The notes: generated by a model from the letters alone, not told the origin. 64,000 nucleotides of DNA from an uncultured Hormoscilla sp. (GCA_963921275.4 OZ001293.3:896001-960000); one strand, 5' to 3'. Positions 33,660 to 44,343 are shown, counted from the first letter of the stretch. A program made the numbers and translations.

Positions 33660-34270
33660 ACCGGTGGGGACAGTAGCTGTGAGGCCCTATCCGCTGCTGG
33701 TGAGTCATACTTATTTCTACCAGATAGCGGGCGATCGCCTCGGGTGCCGCTTTCAACCGATTTTTCCGGAACGGTGTCCCGACAAATGCTATCCACCATT
33801 CTGTCATATCGGGAGCCTTACCTGTCAATGTTTACAAAAATTAACACAGATGCCAATAGTTTGGGGCACAGTAGCTGTCCGCCTCAAGAAGCTGCCGGTG
33901 CCTCTGACTTATTTCTACCAGATAGCGGGCGTGGTTGCTTATTTTCGTCATAGACAGTCATATTGTTCATATAGCACTTTTAACTGAACGGGGACAGACA
34001 ACCGGTGGGGACAGTAGCTGTGAGGCCCTATCCGCTGCTGGTGAGTCATACTTATTTCTACCAGATGGCGGGCGATCGCCTCCGTCGGGGCTTTCTACCG
34101 ATTTTTCCGGAACGGTGTCCCCCAAAATGCTATCTACTATTGTGTCACATCTTTGCTTTACATGTCAAGCCAAACAAAGTTTAACACAGATGCCAATAGC
34201 AAAGGGGACAGTAGCTGTGATGCTCTATCCGCTGCCGGTGAGTCATACTTATTTCTACCAGATAGCGCGC
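33660..34270. repeat. ~197-bp non-coding repeat array, left block (4 hairpin modules)
   Basis: ACAGTAGCTGT at 33670, 33868, 34011, 34208; TTATTTCTACCAGAT in each copy. Confidence 0.92.
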
Positions 34271-34386
34271 CATTCCTAATATTTTCTGAGAGCTTCTTGT
34301 ACTCCTTCTCGATCGGCATCAGGTAACCGAGGCTTTTCCAGACAGGCGATTAACTTTGCGCAATGCGGTTGTGGTAATTTCGGCAT
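34271..34386 (-). pseudogene. 5' fragment of a restriction endonuclease gene (Bpu10I-like)
   Basis: MPKLPQPHCAKLIACLEKPRLPDADREGVQEALRKY*EW directly downstream of the MTase, cut at the repeat; family from recollection. Confidence 0.55.
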
Positions 34387-34388
34387 AG

Positions 34389-35582
34389 TTAATTTATTGT
34401 CTGATATAGGTAGCAGTTTCTATCTAGTTTCGGAGTACTGCTAATAGCTGGTACTCGTTCAATTGCCGACTCCAGATACTCGCGATTTTTAAGTGGAACC
34501 AAACTTCTTCCCATTTTGAGAACTTCAGTAGCTACTTTTCTGGCAAGTTTTTCTGTCGCCTCGCCAACTATATCACAATTTGAAAAATTTAGCAAATCTT
34601 CTCGGATCCTTTTCCCAAACTTATTTTTGAATTCTCTTTTCTGCCGCAATACTTTTTTATACATACCCGATTCTATTGCCAACCTTTCTATAATATCAGC
34701 ATTATAAAAAGGCACTCCCATAACTTGAGATTCCCGACCAACTACAAATATAACTCTTGCTTCACTTCTGCATACTCTTGCTAGTTCCCTTAAAGTTTCT
34801 GCCATATCTAGGCAATATTGTACAACTGTATAGAAACGATTGCCTCTATTTGCTCGATTATTACCTATCTCTGACTTAGCAATTTTTAACAAATCCCATC
34901 CCAAGCACTCCGCAGATTTGCGATAATTTTGGTGATAGTTGAAGACATTAATATAGGGTGGAGATGTGAGAATAAAATCAATTTGGTTATCTGGCAAGGG
35001 GAGAACTCTAGCATCCCCTAGATGTGCTGCAATCTTTTTTTCTGAATAGGGTAAATTTTCAATTAGCTTCGCTAATTGAAAAAACTGACTCTGGATAAAT
35101 TCATTAGTAATCTGGTTGTTGCCAACATCCAGAATAATTATCAGAGCATTTAGTAATATTTCTGCATCCGGCTCCAGGCGATCGCGGATTTGCTTAACCT
35201 TCTGTTCCCAGTCTAGCACAAGGGTTTCCCAGGAGCTTAAAATTCTGAAAGGGAATTCTAATTCTAGATTTTCTCTCAGTTGCTTGAGGAGGTAGTCGCG
35301 GGATCCCTGATTAATAAACTCATAAGTCTTGCTCAACATCCAAGCAGCGGGATTAAGTTCAAAACCATAGGCTTCTAGGGATAGATTCCCCGCTTCTAAT
35401 AAAACGGTTCCGCTTCCCAAAAAAGGATCGAGAATCACCGAATTAGGCAAACAATAGGCAGATATTATCGCCTCAACCAACTGTGGCGATAACTGACCCC
35501 GCCATGCAAATAAATTAGCTCTTTTTTTGTCAGCGATATTCAAGAGTTGCTGGCAAATAGGTTTAGCGAAATCTTTCAACAC
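34389..35582 (-). CDS. DNA methyltransferase (amino-MTase, probably m4C)
   Basis: ILDPFLGSGT (motif I) and LTSPPY (motif IV). Confidence 0.9.
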   Translation of the reverse strand: MLKDFAKPICQQLLNIADKKRANLFAWRGQLSPQLVEAIISAYCLPNSVILDPFLGSGTVLLEAGNLSLEAYGFELNPAAWMLSKTYEFINQGSRDYLLKQLRENLELEFPFRILSSWETLVLDWEQKVKQIRDRLEPDAEILLNALIIILDVGNNQITNEFIQSQFFQLAKLIENLPYSEKKIAAHLGDARVLPLPDNQIDFILTSPPYINVFNYHQNYRKSAECLGWDLLKIAKSEIGNNRANRGNRFYTVVQYCLDMAETLRELARVCRSEARVIFVVGRESQVMGVPFYNADIIERLAIESGMYKKVLRQKREFKNKFGKRIREDLLNFSNCDIVGEATEKLARKVATEVLKMGRSLVPLKNREYLESAIERVPAISSTPKLDRNCYLYQTIN

Positions 35583-35664
35583 TTGTTTATCTCCACCGCG
35601 TAGGGTTCCTCCAAGGTTTGATAACTGTTAGCCAGAATCATATCTAAGTGCACGGCGCGCGCTG

Positions 35665-36012
35665 GGGTAAAGATAAAGTTGCTCTCTTTCCTTTATCTGC
35701 TGCCGGTGCCTCTGACTTATTTCTACCAAATGGCGGGCGATCGCCTCCCTGGGGCTTTCAACCGATTTTTCCGGAACGGTGTCCCGACAAATGCTATCCA
35801 CCATTTTTTCACATCGGGAGCGCAACCTGTTAAGCAAAACAAAAATTAACACAGATGCCAATAGCAAAGGGGACGGTAGCTGTGATGCCCTATCTGCTGC
35901 CGGTGATTCATCCTTATTTCTACCAGATAGGGAGCGATCGCCTCCCTGGGGCTTTCAACCGATTTTTCCGGAACGGTGTCCCTAAAAATGCTATCTACTA
36001 TTCTGTCACATC
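35665..36012. repeat. ~197-bp non-coding repeat array, right block (2 units)
   Basis: Same hairpin, HIP1 and TTTCAACCGATTTTTCCGGAACGGTGTCCC core as the left block. Confidence 0.92.
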
Positions 36013-36462
36013 TTTGCGGGTGTGGTCAAAACCTGTTGATTCTCATGATCTCTCCCAGTCGCCGGAGCCCCCCAAACCCCCCGCTAAGTTAGGGGGCTAA
36101 AGGATTTGGGGGGGCTCCTTGTGCAACGGTCTGCATGACCACACCCATCAGAGAAACCCTGCATCAGGAACACCAAGCAATCGGGAGTGAACTCAAAGGT
36201 TGCGTTACCACTGGCGATCGCTCCCCGATCGGGGAGGTATTCGCGATCGGACTGTGAGTCGCCGGTCGCCAGATGGCCCTCACGGAGAGTCTGAAATACC
36301 GATAAGATCACCTAAGCAGAAAGCAGGGAGCACCCGAGCACGGGTGCTCGGGTGCTGTCAGACTCATAACCGGTTTTGTGCGACCTGCTACAGGTGCTGA
36401 GCGACCAAAATTGATAAAGAAACCCGGTTTCACCGCCCCCACGCGAGGATCCTCCGACGAGC

Positions 36463-36670
36463 GCATATATGCTTTGTTCCTCAGCATATATGCTTTACCC
36501 CTCAGCATATATGATTTGTCTATAAGCAAATCAGCTTTGCCCCTCAGCATATATGATTTGTCTATAAAAAAATCATATATGCTCTTCAGAATATATGATT
36601 TGGCCATTTTAAATAATATTTGCGGCCGAGCAAATATTATCTACCGCCGAGCAAATACTATTCTGGGCCT
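36463..36670. repeat. Degenerate 21-bp tandem repeats (~10 units)
   Basis: GCATATATGCTTTNCCCCTCA-like units. Confidence 0.8.
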
Positions 36671-37010
36671 ATATTTTTAACCGAAAAGTATTGGAAGCCT
36701 TTAAATATCATTCCGAGGGATCTACCCAAAATGCTTAGAGGAACGGAAAAGTCGTACCCGAGCAGTTGTAAATACTTTCTGCGGTAATTTTAGGATATGT
36801 CAGTCAAATTATATCAACAGGATATACGCCTTTTGACCGGGTGACCTCGGAATGCCCAGCATTATGACTGGTCGATTATGATAGAACCAGACAGTGGAGA
36901 CTATTTTATCCGGAGCCAAAAGTGGCTTTCCCAAGGAAAACGTAAACCAGCAATCTGATTATCATCAGATTATAAATTGAAGGTATTATGACTGAGGCTA
37001 ATGCTTAAAG

Positions 37011-37514
37011 ATGAATATTAATACGCAAAAAAAATAATTCAGTTATGCTTATATTTATGCAGTCGCTTCGACAGCGAGTTACTCCTGCCAACTTGCGAAT
37101 AGACCCTCAGACTTAGAAGGAATCGATCTGACGATTTCTGGTCCGGAACTCCAAGACACTCTCTATCCTCCCAGACTTGAATTGCCAGTTAAGTCAACAT
37201 CCTCAGATATGGGAAATGATGACCCGATCCGCTATTCTCTGAAAGTAAAAAACTACAACGAACTCAGAAAAACCAGAATCTTAATCCCTAAACTATTAGT
37301 AGTCCTTTTCATCCCCGAAAACCCAGGGGATTGGTTAAAGCAAAGCGAAAGGGAACTTTGTCTCCGCAAATGCGGATATTGGTTATCCTTGAGAGGACAA
37401 ACCGCAACTGACAATACCGAAAAGATGACTGTCTATCTCCCTCGCCAGCAACAGTTTACTGTTAATGCTTTACAAACTATCATGCAGCAAATCCAAACTA
37501 GAGGAACATTATGA
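37011..37514 (+). pseudogene. DUF4365 (restriction-endonuclease-fold) gene with nonsense at codon 9
   Basis: MNINTQKK*FSYAYIYAVAS...GIDL...VKSTS...LRKCGYWLSLRG. Confidence 0.8.
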
Positions 37515-38059
37515 AAGCAACTGTTTACGATTTTACTCTTTTGGGTCACCTCGAACCTCAGCAAATCGAAACTTATCTTACAGGCGCAGGTTGGCAAGAA
37601 CACCACCGCATTCCCGACCGTTTTTCTGCGTGGACTAATGATAACTATCAAATGTTAAAAATTTACCTTCCTTTAGACCGAGAGTTCGAGGACTACCCTC
37701 AACGGATAGCCGAAGTGGTAGAAACTATGGAGAAAACAGAAGGGCGATCGCAACTGGAAATTATCAGGAAACTGATTACGGATATCCCTAATATTAACAT
37801 TCAGGGATTGATCGTGCAAGTCCAACCTCCAGAGGGCGATCGCCTGAGTGGAGAGATAACAATGTTTGGAGTAGTGATTGACCAACTCCGCCAGATTAAA
37901 ACTTCATTGTTTGACCGAGATTATATTATGGCTATGGCTATTAAAGCATATACCGAACGCCTCCCCATCCGCTGTACGGGGGATTTAGTTAAATAAAATA
38001 ACGGTTTTATCCTGAAGAATAGCCATGATTTGAGCTTAGATTGTTCCTGGCAAAACTGA
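37511..38059 (+). pseudogene. DUF4365 partner gene with late nonsense codon
   Basis: ATGA overlap; frame continues past TAA 37996 (NNGFILKNS...) to TGA 38059. Confidence 0.6.
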
Positions 38060-38145
38060 TAGGCGGTAGAACCGGAAGGGGCGATCGCCCCTTTTCGGAG
38101 GAAAGGCAAGAGGTTTCTGCGCCCAAACCTAATCGCCTTTTTTCC

Positions 38146-38633
38146 TTAACTAGGAGTGCCTATTGATTGAATTGCAAGGGGTGAGTTGATACCCAGTAAA
38201 ATCCGGGATTTCAAAGTTGCTAAATCCTCTGTTGCTGCTTGGGCCTCGTAAAGAGATTCGGTTGCAGCAGCAAAGGCATCTGCATCTAGGGCATAATAAA
38301 GAGAATTAACGGCGTGTGCCTTTTGAAAAGCAGCTATGTAAGTTTCCAACTGCGCTTTCCCTCTTCTGCCATCTTTTCTTGTAAGTCCCACTGCTTTTCA
38401 TCAAGCTGGTTAATAAAGGATTCTAACCTCGATCGCAACATTTCGTTACCCGGTACGCCTCCTTTGATTGCCTCTAATCCTTTATCAATAATTGTAGCGC
38501 TGATGCCAGTTTTTGCAAGGGCAAATTTGCAGGCGATCGCGCTGCGCGCACGCTGTTGGGCAATTGAAGCACTCAGCAAATATGCGGAGAGTTCTGGGTC
38601 AATCAATTCTAAGCGATTTCCTGTCATTTTCAT
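38146..38633 (-). pseudogene. Hypothetical gene split by frameshift
   Basis: Overlapping ORFs 38334-38633 and 38146-38391 read as one protein. Confidence 0.5.
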
Positions 38634-38647
38634 CTTAACTCCTTTGT

Positions 38648-38887
38648 TATCTCGTTCCCTGACTCTGGCATTCCCTGCCCAACAGAGGCTCTGCCTCCTG
38701 TCAGGACGCGAGGCAGAGCCTCTGAAAATCGTTGCTAGCTAGAAACTAGCAACGAGGGTGATATCTATTTTATCATTATTTTATCTCGTTCCCTGACTCT
38801 GGCTCTTAACGCCCGACCGCGAGGCAGAGCCTCTGAAAATCGTTGCTAGCTAGAAACTAGCAACGAGGGTGATATCTATTTTATCAT
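38648..38887. repeat. Two tandem REP-like composite repeats
   Basis: TCTCGTTCCCTGACTCTGGC...GAGGCAGAGCCTCTGAAAATCGTTGCTAGCTAGAAACTAGCAACGAGGGTGATATCTATTTTATCAT x2. Confidence 0.85.
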
Positions 38888-39061
38888 CCGAGCGACTGCA
38901 AAAGCAACCGCGATCGCCCCTTCGTAGTCCGGGCGTCCCGCCGTCTCGCCTGTCCCTGGGCGAAAAAGCCGATCGCCCTTTCTTTCTCCCCATCAGCAAA
39001 AAAAATATGCTAAAGCCTTGACAAACAGAGCGGTATTGCAGTCTATTAGAAAAGAGAGATT

Positions 39062-39395
39062 AATGGTGGTTTCTAGAGCGGTGAAAACTAAGAGAAAAGT
39101 GCCTCTTGGCAGTCCGATGTTTCCCGATCTCCCGCCCATCGATCCAGCAGAAAGAGTCAGACGGAAAGCGAAACGTCGGGCCTTTGCCCAGCGTTGTCGG
39201 GCAATTTTTGACCGGGTGGCCCCGGAATTAATTGCCCGGCATTATGACTGGTCGATTATGATAGAACCAGACAGTGGAGAGTATTTTATTGACCCGGACC
39301 CAGAAGTAGCTTTCCAAAAGGCCAAGCACAAACATCCGATGGCAGTGATTATGGAAATGCGTTTGAATGAAACGGGGACTTGTGGCAAAATATGA
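39062..39395 (+). CDS. Conserved cyanobacterial hypothetical protein; next gene truncated at a HIP1-like site
   Basis: HYDWSIMIEPDSGEYFID...RLNETGTCGKI; followed by an MMEGYFGDR fragment. Confidence 0.6.
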
Positions 39396-39475
39396 TGGAA
39401 GGATATTTTGGCGATCGGGACTGTTCGCCTCAAGTGACAGCAAAGAAGACATGAGGGTAAATTGAGGTTTGTGGT

Positions 39476-39907
39476 ATGAAGATATATCTGGACACGAATG
39501 TATATAACCGACCATTTGACGATCAAACGCAAACGAGGATCGAGTCAGAAACATTAATTTTCAGAGTGGTAATGAGGTTGGTGGAAATGGGAGATACAGA
39601 ATTAGTCAGTTCGTATATACTAGAATATGAGAATAGTAGGAATAGGTTTGTAGATCGGCGGAAATGGGTGGAGAGCAAATTGCAGCTAGCGACATTTTAT
39701 CAAGAAATGAACGCCGAAATAGCCGAACGCGGGAGAGCGCTTCAAGAACAGGGCTTGGGGGCGATCGATGCGCTGCATGTAGCTAGTGCTGAAGCCGCAG
39801 GTACGGACTATTTCTTGACTTGTGACGATCGCCTGATCCGCCGTTATCAGGGAAGTCTCAACTTGGTTACGCCGGCAAATTTTATATTAGCAATTACCAG
39901 AGGATAA
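39476..39907 (+). CDS. PIN domain protein
   Basis: IYLDTNVYNRPFDD...DALHVASAE...FLTCDD. Confidence 0.88.
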   Translation: MKIYLDTNVYNRPFDDQTQTRIESETLIFRVVMRLVEMGDTELVSSYILEYENSRNRFVDRRKWVESKLQLATFYQEMNAEIAERGRALQEQGLGAIDALHVASAEAAGTDYFLTCDDRLIRRYQGSLNLVTPANFILAITRG

Positions 39908-40132
39908 GTGATGAACAAGAGGACCCCAGAACAAGAAGAAGTCATACAAGAAGCGTTAGAGATTTTAAAGAAATACATGGCACCATCGAAACTAGCGCTT
40001 TTGATATCTATGTTACCATGGGATGGTGGGGATTCTGTAGCAATGCGCGAAGAGTTGTTTGCTGGAGAAACTGTGGATAGTTTGGTTGAGAAAATTCAAG
40101 ATTATCAAAACAGTAAGATCTCTCGCGTTTGA
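39908..40132 (+). CDS. Small partner (putative antitoxin)
   Basis: 74 aa, abuts the PIN gene. Confidence 0.6.
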   Translation: MMNKRTPEQEEVIQEALEILKKYMAPSKLALLISMLPWDGGDSVAMREELFAGETVDSLVEKIQDYQNSKISRV

Positions 40133-40311
40133 ATAAGAGGGGGCGATCGCCCCCTCATTCTCCCCAGAGGCGATCGCCCTCTACTGCACGACGGTTCCAG
40201 ACTGCGGTACTGCGATCGCCCGGGTTTCCGAGGATGCCCAGAAACCCGGTTTCTCAACTTTCGCAACTGATTTGAAATTGCTATCATAAGGATAGTAGAG
40301 AGGATGTAGCC

Positions 40312-40739
40312 ATGAGCCTTGTTATCGCTGACGAAATTTTAACGAAAACTCGCATGACTGAAGCCGAAATGAATCAGGAAATCGCTGTCATGCTTTTTCA
40401 GAAGGAAAAATTAACTCTTGCTCAAGCCAGTCGCTTTGCAAATATGCATCGCATTGCTTTTCAACACTTACTCGCAAGTCGGAAAATTCCAGTTCATTAC
40501 GGAGTGGAAGATTTTGAACAGGATATTAAAAACTTGCGGGAGATGAGCAGACTACGATCGTTATCAGCGATCATCCCCTATTAATAGTCGAAGCCAAAAG
40601 TCAAGGATTGATTACTCGGGTGAAGCCCTTGTTGGATGCTTTGATAAACCAAGCTGGGTTCTGGGTTACTGAACCTCTATATAACAGCGTTTTACGGCTT
40701 GTTGATGAGGAGCTTGAATTTTCGTGGCTTACAAATATG
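40312..40739 (+). pseudogene. UPF0175 antitoxin plus internally deleted DUF3368 PIN partner
   Basis: KLTLAQASRFA...FEQDI; IVISD start fused to the AKSQGLITRVKPLLDALINQAGFW C-terminus. Confidence 0.7.
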
Positions 40740-40754
40740 AGTACGCACTACAGA

Positions 40755-42377
40755 TCATCTAGTTCCAGAGCGATCGCCTATTTCCCGGGCGATCTCTAAA
40801 TGCTGTCGATGGCAATCCATTGCTCGGCTATACTGCCCTAGGCAACCGTAGGCTATTTTCAAAGAACCCAGCGCCATCCCCTCGACAGCGCGATCGCCTA
40901 TTTCCCGGGCGATCTCTAAACTCTGCTGAAGATAATCTATTGCTTGTCTAAACTGTCTTAGGGAACAGTAGGCATTCCCCAAAGAACTCAGCACTTTTCC
41001 CTCGCTAGCGCGATCGCCTACTTTTCTGGAGATCGCTAAACTCTGCTGTAGGTAATCTATCCCTTGGCTATACTGCCCTAGCTTATTGTAGACATTTCCC
41101 AAATTACCCAGCGCTATACCCTCGCTAGCGCGATTGCCTATTTCCCTGGCAATCTCTAAATACTTTTGATGGCAATCTATTGCGCGGGAGAACTCCCCTA
41201 GGGAATCGTAGGCATTGCCCAAATTTCCCAGCACCTTACCCTCGCTAGCGCGATCGCCTATTTCCCTGGCAATTGCTAAACTCTGCTCAAAGTAATTGAT
41301 TGCTTGAGTATACTGCCCTAGACCATTGTTGGTAAGCCCCAAATTTCCCAGCGCACTACCCTCGCCAATACGATCGCCTATTTCCCTGGCAACCGCTAAA
41401 CTCTGCTGAAGGTAATCTCTTGCTTTCTGATACTGTTCTAGATAATTGTATGCATTTTTCAAATTTACCAGCGCGTAAACCTCCTGAAGGCGATCTCGAT
41501 CGCCTATTTTCCGGGCGATCTCTAAATGCTTCTGAAAGTAATCTATTGCTTTCTGATACTGCCCTTGGTCACAATATGAAGTTCCCAAATTTCCCAGCCC
41601 AAAACCCGCGATATATATGTTATATATATCTCCTCTTTCCCTGACAATTATTTGCTCATAGTAATCTCTTGCTTTCTGATACTCCCCTAGGCGATTGTAT
41701 GCATTTCCTAACCCATTCAAACAAATAATGTCCAAATAATCATTTAACTTTCCCTCCAATTTCCTATACGGTTTGAATTTCCCCAACAGTCTGCTATACA
41801 GTTCAATTGTTTCCCTGTAGTAACCCCAAATATGCAGTTGATTGTCTAATTGTTCCTGCGTATCCATGCGGATACAAAGTATCTTGGTAGCTTCTCCCCA
41901 TTCCGACAACTCGCAGAGATGGTGAAACGCTTCCAAGTATCCCTGCACCTTCTCTATATTAGAATCATCTCGCGGTTCGTAGTAATTGAAGTTATAAAAT
42001 GCCTTGCGGATGTGAGACTGTTCTGTCAGGGTCAACTCTCTTACTTCTCCCGTCCATATTTGATTATCATAGTTGCTAATCAAGTCCATTAGCATATTTA
42101 TTATCTTCTCATCCCGAATTGCTCCCACTCCCTTTGCCAACAGTTCCTCCACTCCCATCGCCATGACATCGTTTCTATCGTTTTCCTGTTTGCTATCAGC
42201 ATCTGAGACAGGCAAAACCAACTTCCTCTCTGGCACAGTATATCGCAACTGGAAGACATCATCTTCCGAAAGCTCTTGCAGTCGCACCTGTTTGTATAAT
42301 CTCTCTATAATAATCCTCGCTTCTCGATCTTTTAATTATCGGTTCTTCCGTTCTGTTATCAACTCTGTTGCTGGCAT
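40755..42377 (-). CDS. TPR-repeat protein (nonsense at codon 14, GTG restart 42287, C-terminus truncated)
   Basis: YLEAFHHLCEL segment and about 8 repeats of ALGNLG..Y..LGQY..AIDY.QQSL.IAREIGDR. Confidence 0.85.
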
Positions 42378-42400
42378 AACTCACCGCGTAGCACTGCCGT

Positions 42401-43837
42401 TCAATTCCGATCGAATGCCCGCAAATGTTCCAGCGCCACTCCCCTGATCATACTGTGCAGGCGATAGTAAACCTTGCTCTTAACCTTTTCGGACTCCAGC
42501 AAAAACCGACGCTGCAAGGTTTCAAATGCCAATTTTTGTTCCTCCCGGGGAAACTCGCCAATCAAAAACAACCAAGCTCTCCGATTTTCCGCCCGTCTAT
42601 TCGTCCCCCCCATACAAAACAATTGATATGCCAGAGGGTAATCCTCGCGCAAGCGGGAAACGCTGCTTTCAATGCGCTTGCGCACCAAATCCTTGAGGTC
42701 GATAGTAAAGGTCAAATCTTCCCTATCCTGACTCGGATCCCCTTCCGTAGCAGTTTTCAGCCGTTCCACCTCCTCAATTTCATATCCATATTCATCCCAA
42801 AAAGCCTGAATGTCCCCCTCGTAGGGAGAACGAATTTCCCCAGCAATCACCCGCAGGGCCAGGGGGTGCCCTTCGTAGACAGCAATCATCCGGTCCAGAT
42901 ACTCGCCATCCACATCTGAATTTATCTTCACATTCCAAGCAGCAAACAGCATTCTTGCTTCTGTTCTATCTAAACCTTTCATCGGTTCCGTATGGTGTCG
43001 TTCCAAAAAGCGCCCCTCAGCGCCAACCGGGGGTCGGTATTGAGAAGTCAGGATCAGGCGCGATCGCATTTCCGGTGCCGAGACCACCGCATCCAGGAAC
43101 TTGCCAAAAACAGGCTGCTCAAACCGGTGTCCCCCCTGAGTATCCGCCTGTAAAACCGCTTCCAACATATCCAGGACTAACAAGCAAGGTTGTGACTGCA
43201 ACTTATGGACGATCTTCCGAACCATAGCATCTTCATTTTGCAGCAACTCAGGTTGAGAAGCCAAATTTTCACCCAAAACCCGCTGCGCCACCACCTGAAA
43301 GTCAAGAGACCCTTGATAAAAGCTGAGAGTTTTCACTCTTGGCAAAAACTCTTGCATCTGTGGTTCCCGCGTCAGTTGGGCCGCCAAAGAAGTCTTGCCA
43401 ATACCCGTTATCCCCACCAGGGACAAAACCCGACAATCTCCCTGCAATTTAGCAATCAGTTCCCCAATCAGAGTCTCACGTCCCACCCAGCGAGTCAAGC
43501 CATCATCAAGTCCTGCTGTCAGTTGTTCTTGTTCTTTCTGCCCAGACTTCGACTGAGAATCTGTCCTCTGCGCCCCATAGCGTTCCAATGCCGCGCGGAA
43601 ACTCTTCTTACTCACCTTTTCCCCTAACGCCTCCGACAGACGTTCCCACAGCTTTTGACCATAATCTCGCTTGAAAGTCGATTCAGCATAGCCGTGCTTT
43701 TTGGCTATCTGTTCATAGGTCTGCCCCTCAACCGACCCCTCAATTATAAACTTTTCCGGGTCTCGTAAGTGTTGTCCCTCAAGAGCGAAAATCGCCTCAT
43801 CAGCAATCTGAAAATATTCTTTCGGCTTCAATTCCAA
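42401..43837 (-). CDS. STAND/NB-ARC-like ATPase with N-terminal HTH, no fused sensor
   Basis: GITGIGKT Walker A, LLVLDMLE Walker B, ILTS, GHPLAL, RLHSMIR. Confidence 0.85.
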   Translation of the reverse strand: MELKPKEYFQIADEAIFALEGQHLRDPEKFIIEGSVEGQTYEQIAKKHGYAESTFKRDYGQKLWERLSEALGEKVSKKSFRAALERYGAQRTDSQSKSGQKEQEQLTAGLDDGLTRWVGRETLIGELIAKLQGDCRVLSLVGITGIGKTSLAAQLTREPQMQEFLPRVKTLSFYQGSLDFQVVAQRVLGENLASQPELLQNEDAMVRKIVHKLQSQPCLLVLDMLEAVLQADTQGGHRFEQPVFGKFLDAVVSAPEMRSRLILTSQYRPPVGAEGRFLERHHTEPMKGLDRTEARMLFAAWNVKINSDVDGEYLDRMIAVYEGHPLALRVIAGEIRSPYEGDIQAFWDEYGYEIEEVERLKTATEGDPSQDREDLTFTIDLKDLVRKRIESSVSRLREDYPLAYQLFCMGGTNRRAENRRAWLFLIGEFPREEQKLAFETLQRRFLLESEKVKSKVYYRLHSMIRGVALEHLRAFDRN

Positions 43838-43998
43838 CTGACTTCTCCTGTACTTTCCTGTACTTTCCTGTACTTTACCATACTTGCGAGTACAGTTACA
43901 ACTTTTTTCTATATTCCTGAATTAATCCTACTTTTACCCTCTCGCCGGTGGGCAACGATATTAGCTACAACATAATTATAGGATAAGAGGAAAGCAAA

Positions 43999-44343
43999 AT
44001 GGCATTTCAAACCAACAGCCCCAAGCGCGGCGAAATCTATCTAGTACAACTGGGTCCCACAATTGGTTGTGAGATCCGCAAAGACCGTCCGGCGCTGATC
44101 CTGCGGAATTCAAATAGTCCCCTCACCTGCATCGCGCCCCTAACCTCAAAAGTACATAAAAACTCTCCCACCACAGTATTCATCAAAGCTAATGAAGGAG
44201 GATTGAATTTAGATTCATTAGTCTTACTAGAACAAATGAAATCCATAGATAAGCAAAGGTTGCTCAAACGCTTCGGTAATGTCACCCCACAGACCATGAA
44301 AAGAGTCGATATTGCCTTCAAGAGAACCTTTGGTTGGAAATAA
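43999..44343 (+). CDS. mazF: MazF/PemK family toxin, no adjacent antitoxin
   Basis: KRGEIYLV.LGPTIGCEIRKDRPALIL...QMKSIDKQRL. Confidence 0.88.
   Translation: MAFQTNSPKRGEIYLVQLGPTIGCEIRKDRPALILRNSNSPLTCIAPLTSKVHKNSPTTVFIKANEGGLNLDSLVLLEQMKSIDKQRLLKRFGNVTPQTMKRVDIAFKRTFGWK

Noticed and set aside
33660..36012. CRISPR or integron attC interpretation of the 197-bp repeats
   Set aside because: No unique spacers, units far too long, no recognisable attC core sites, and no cas or integrase gene in the window.
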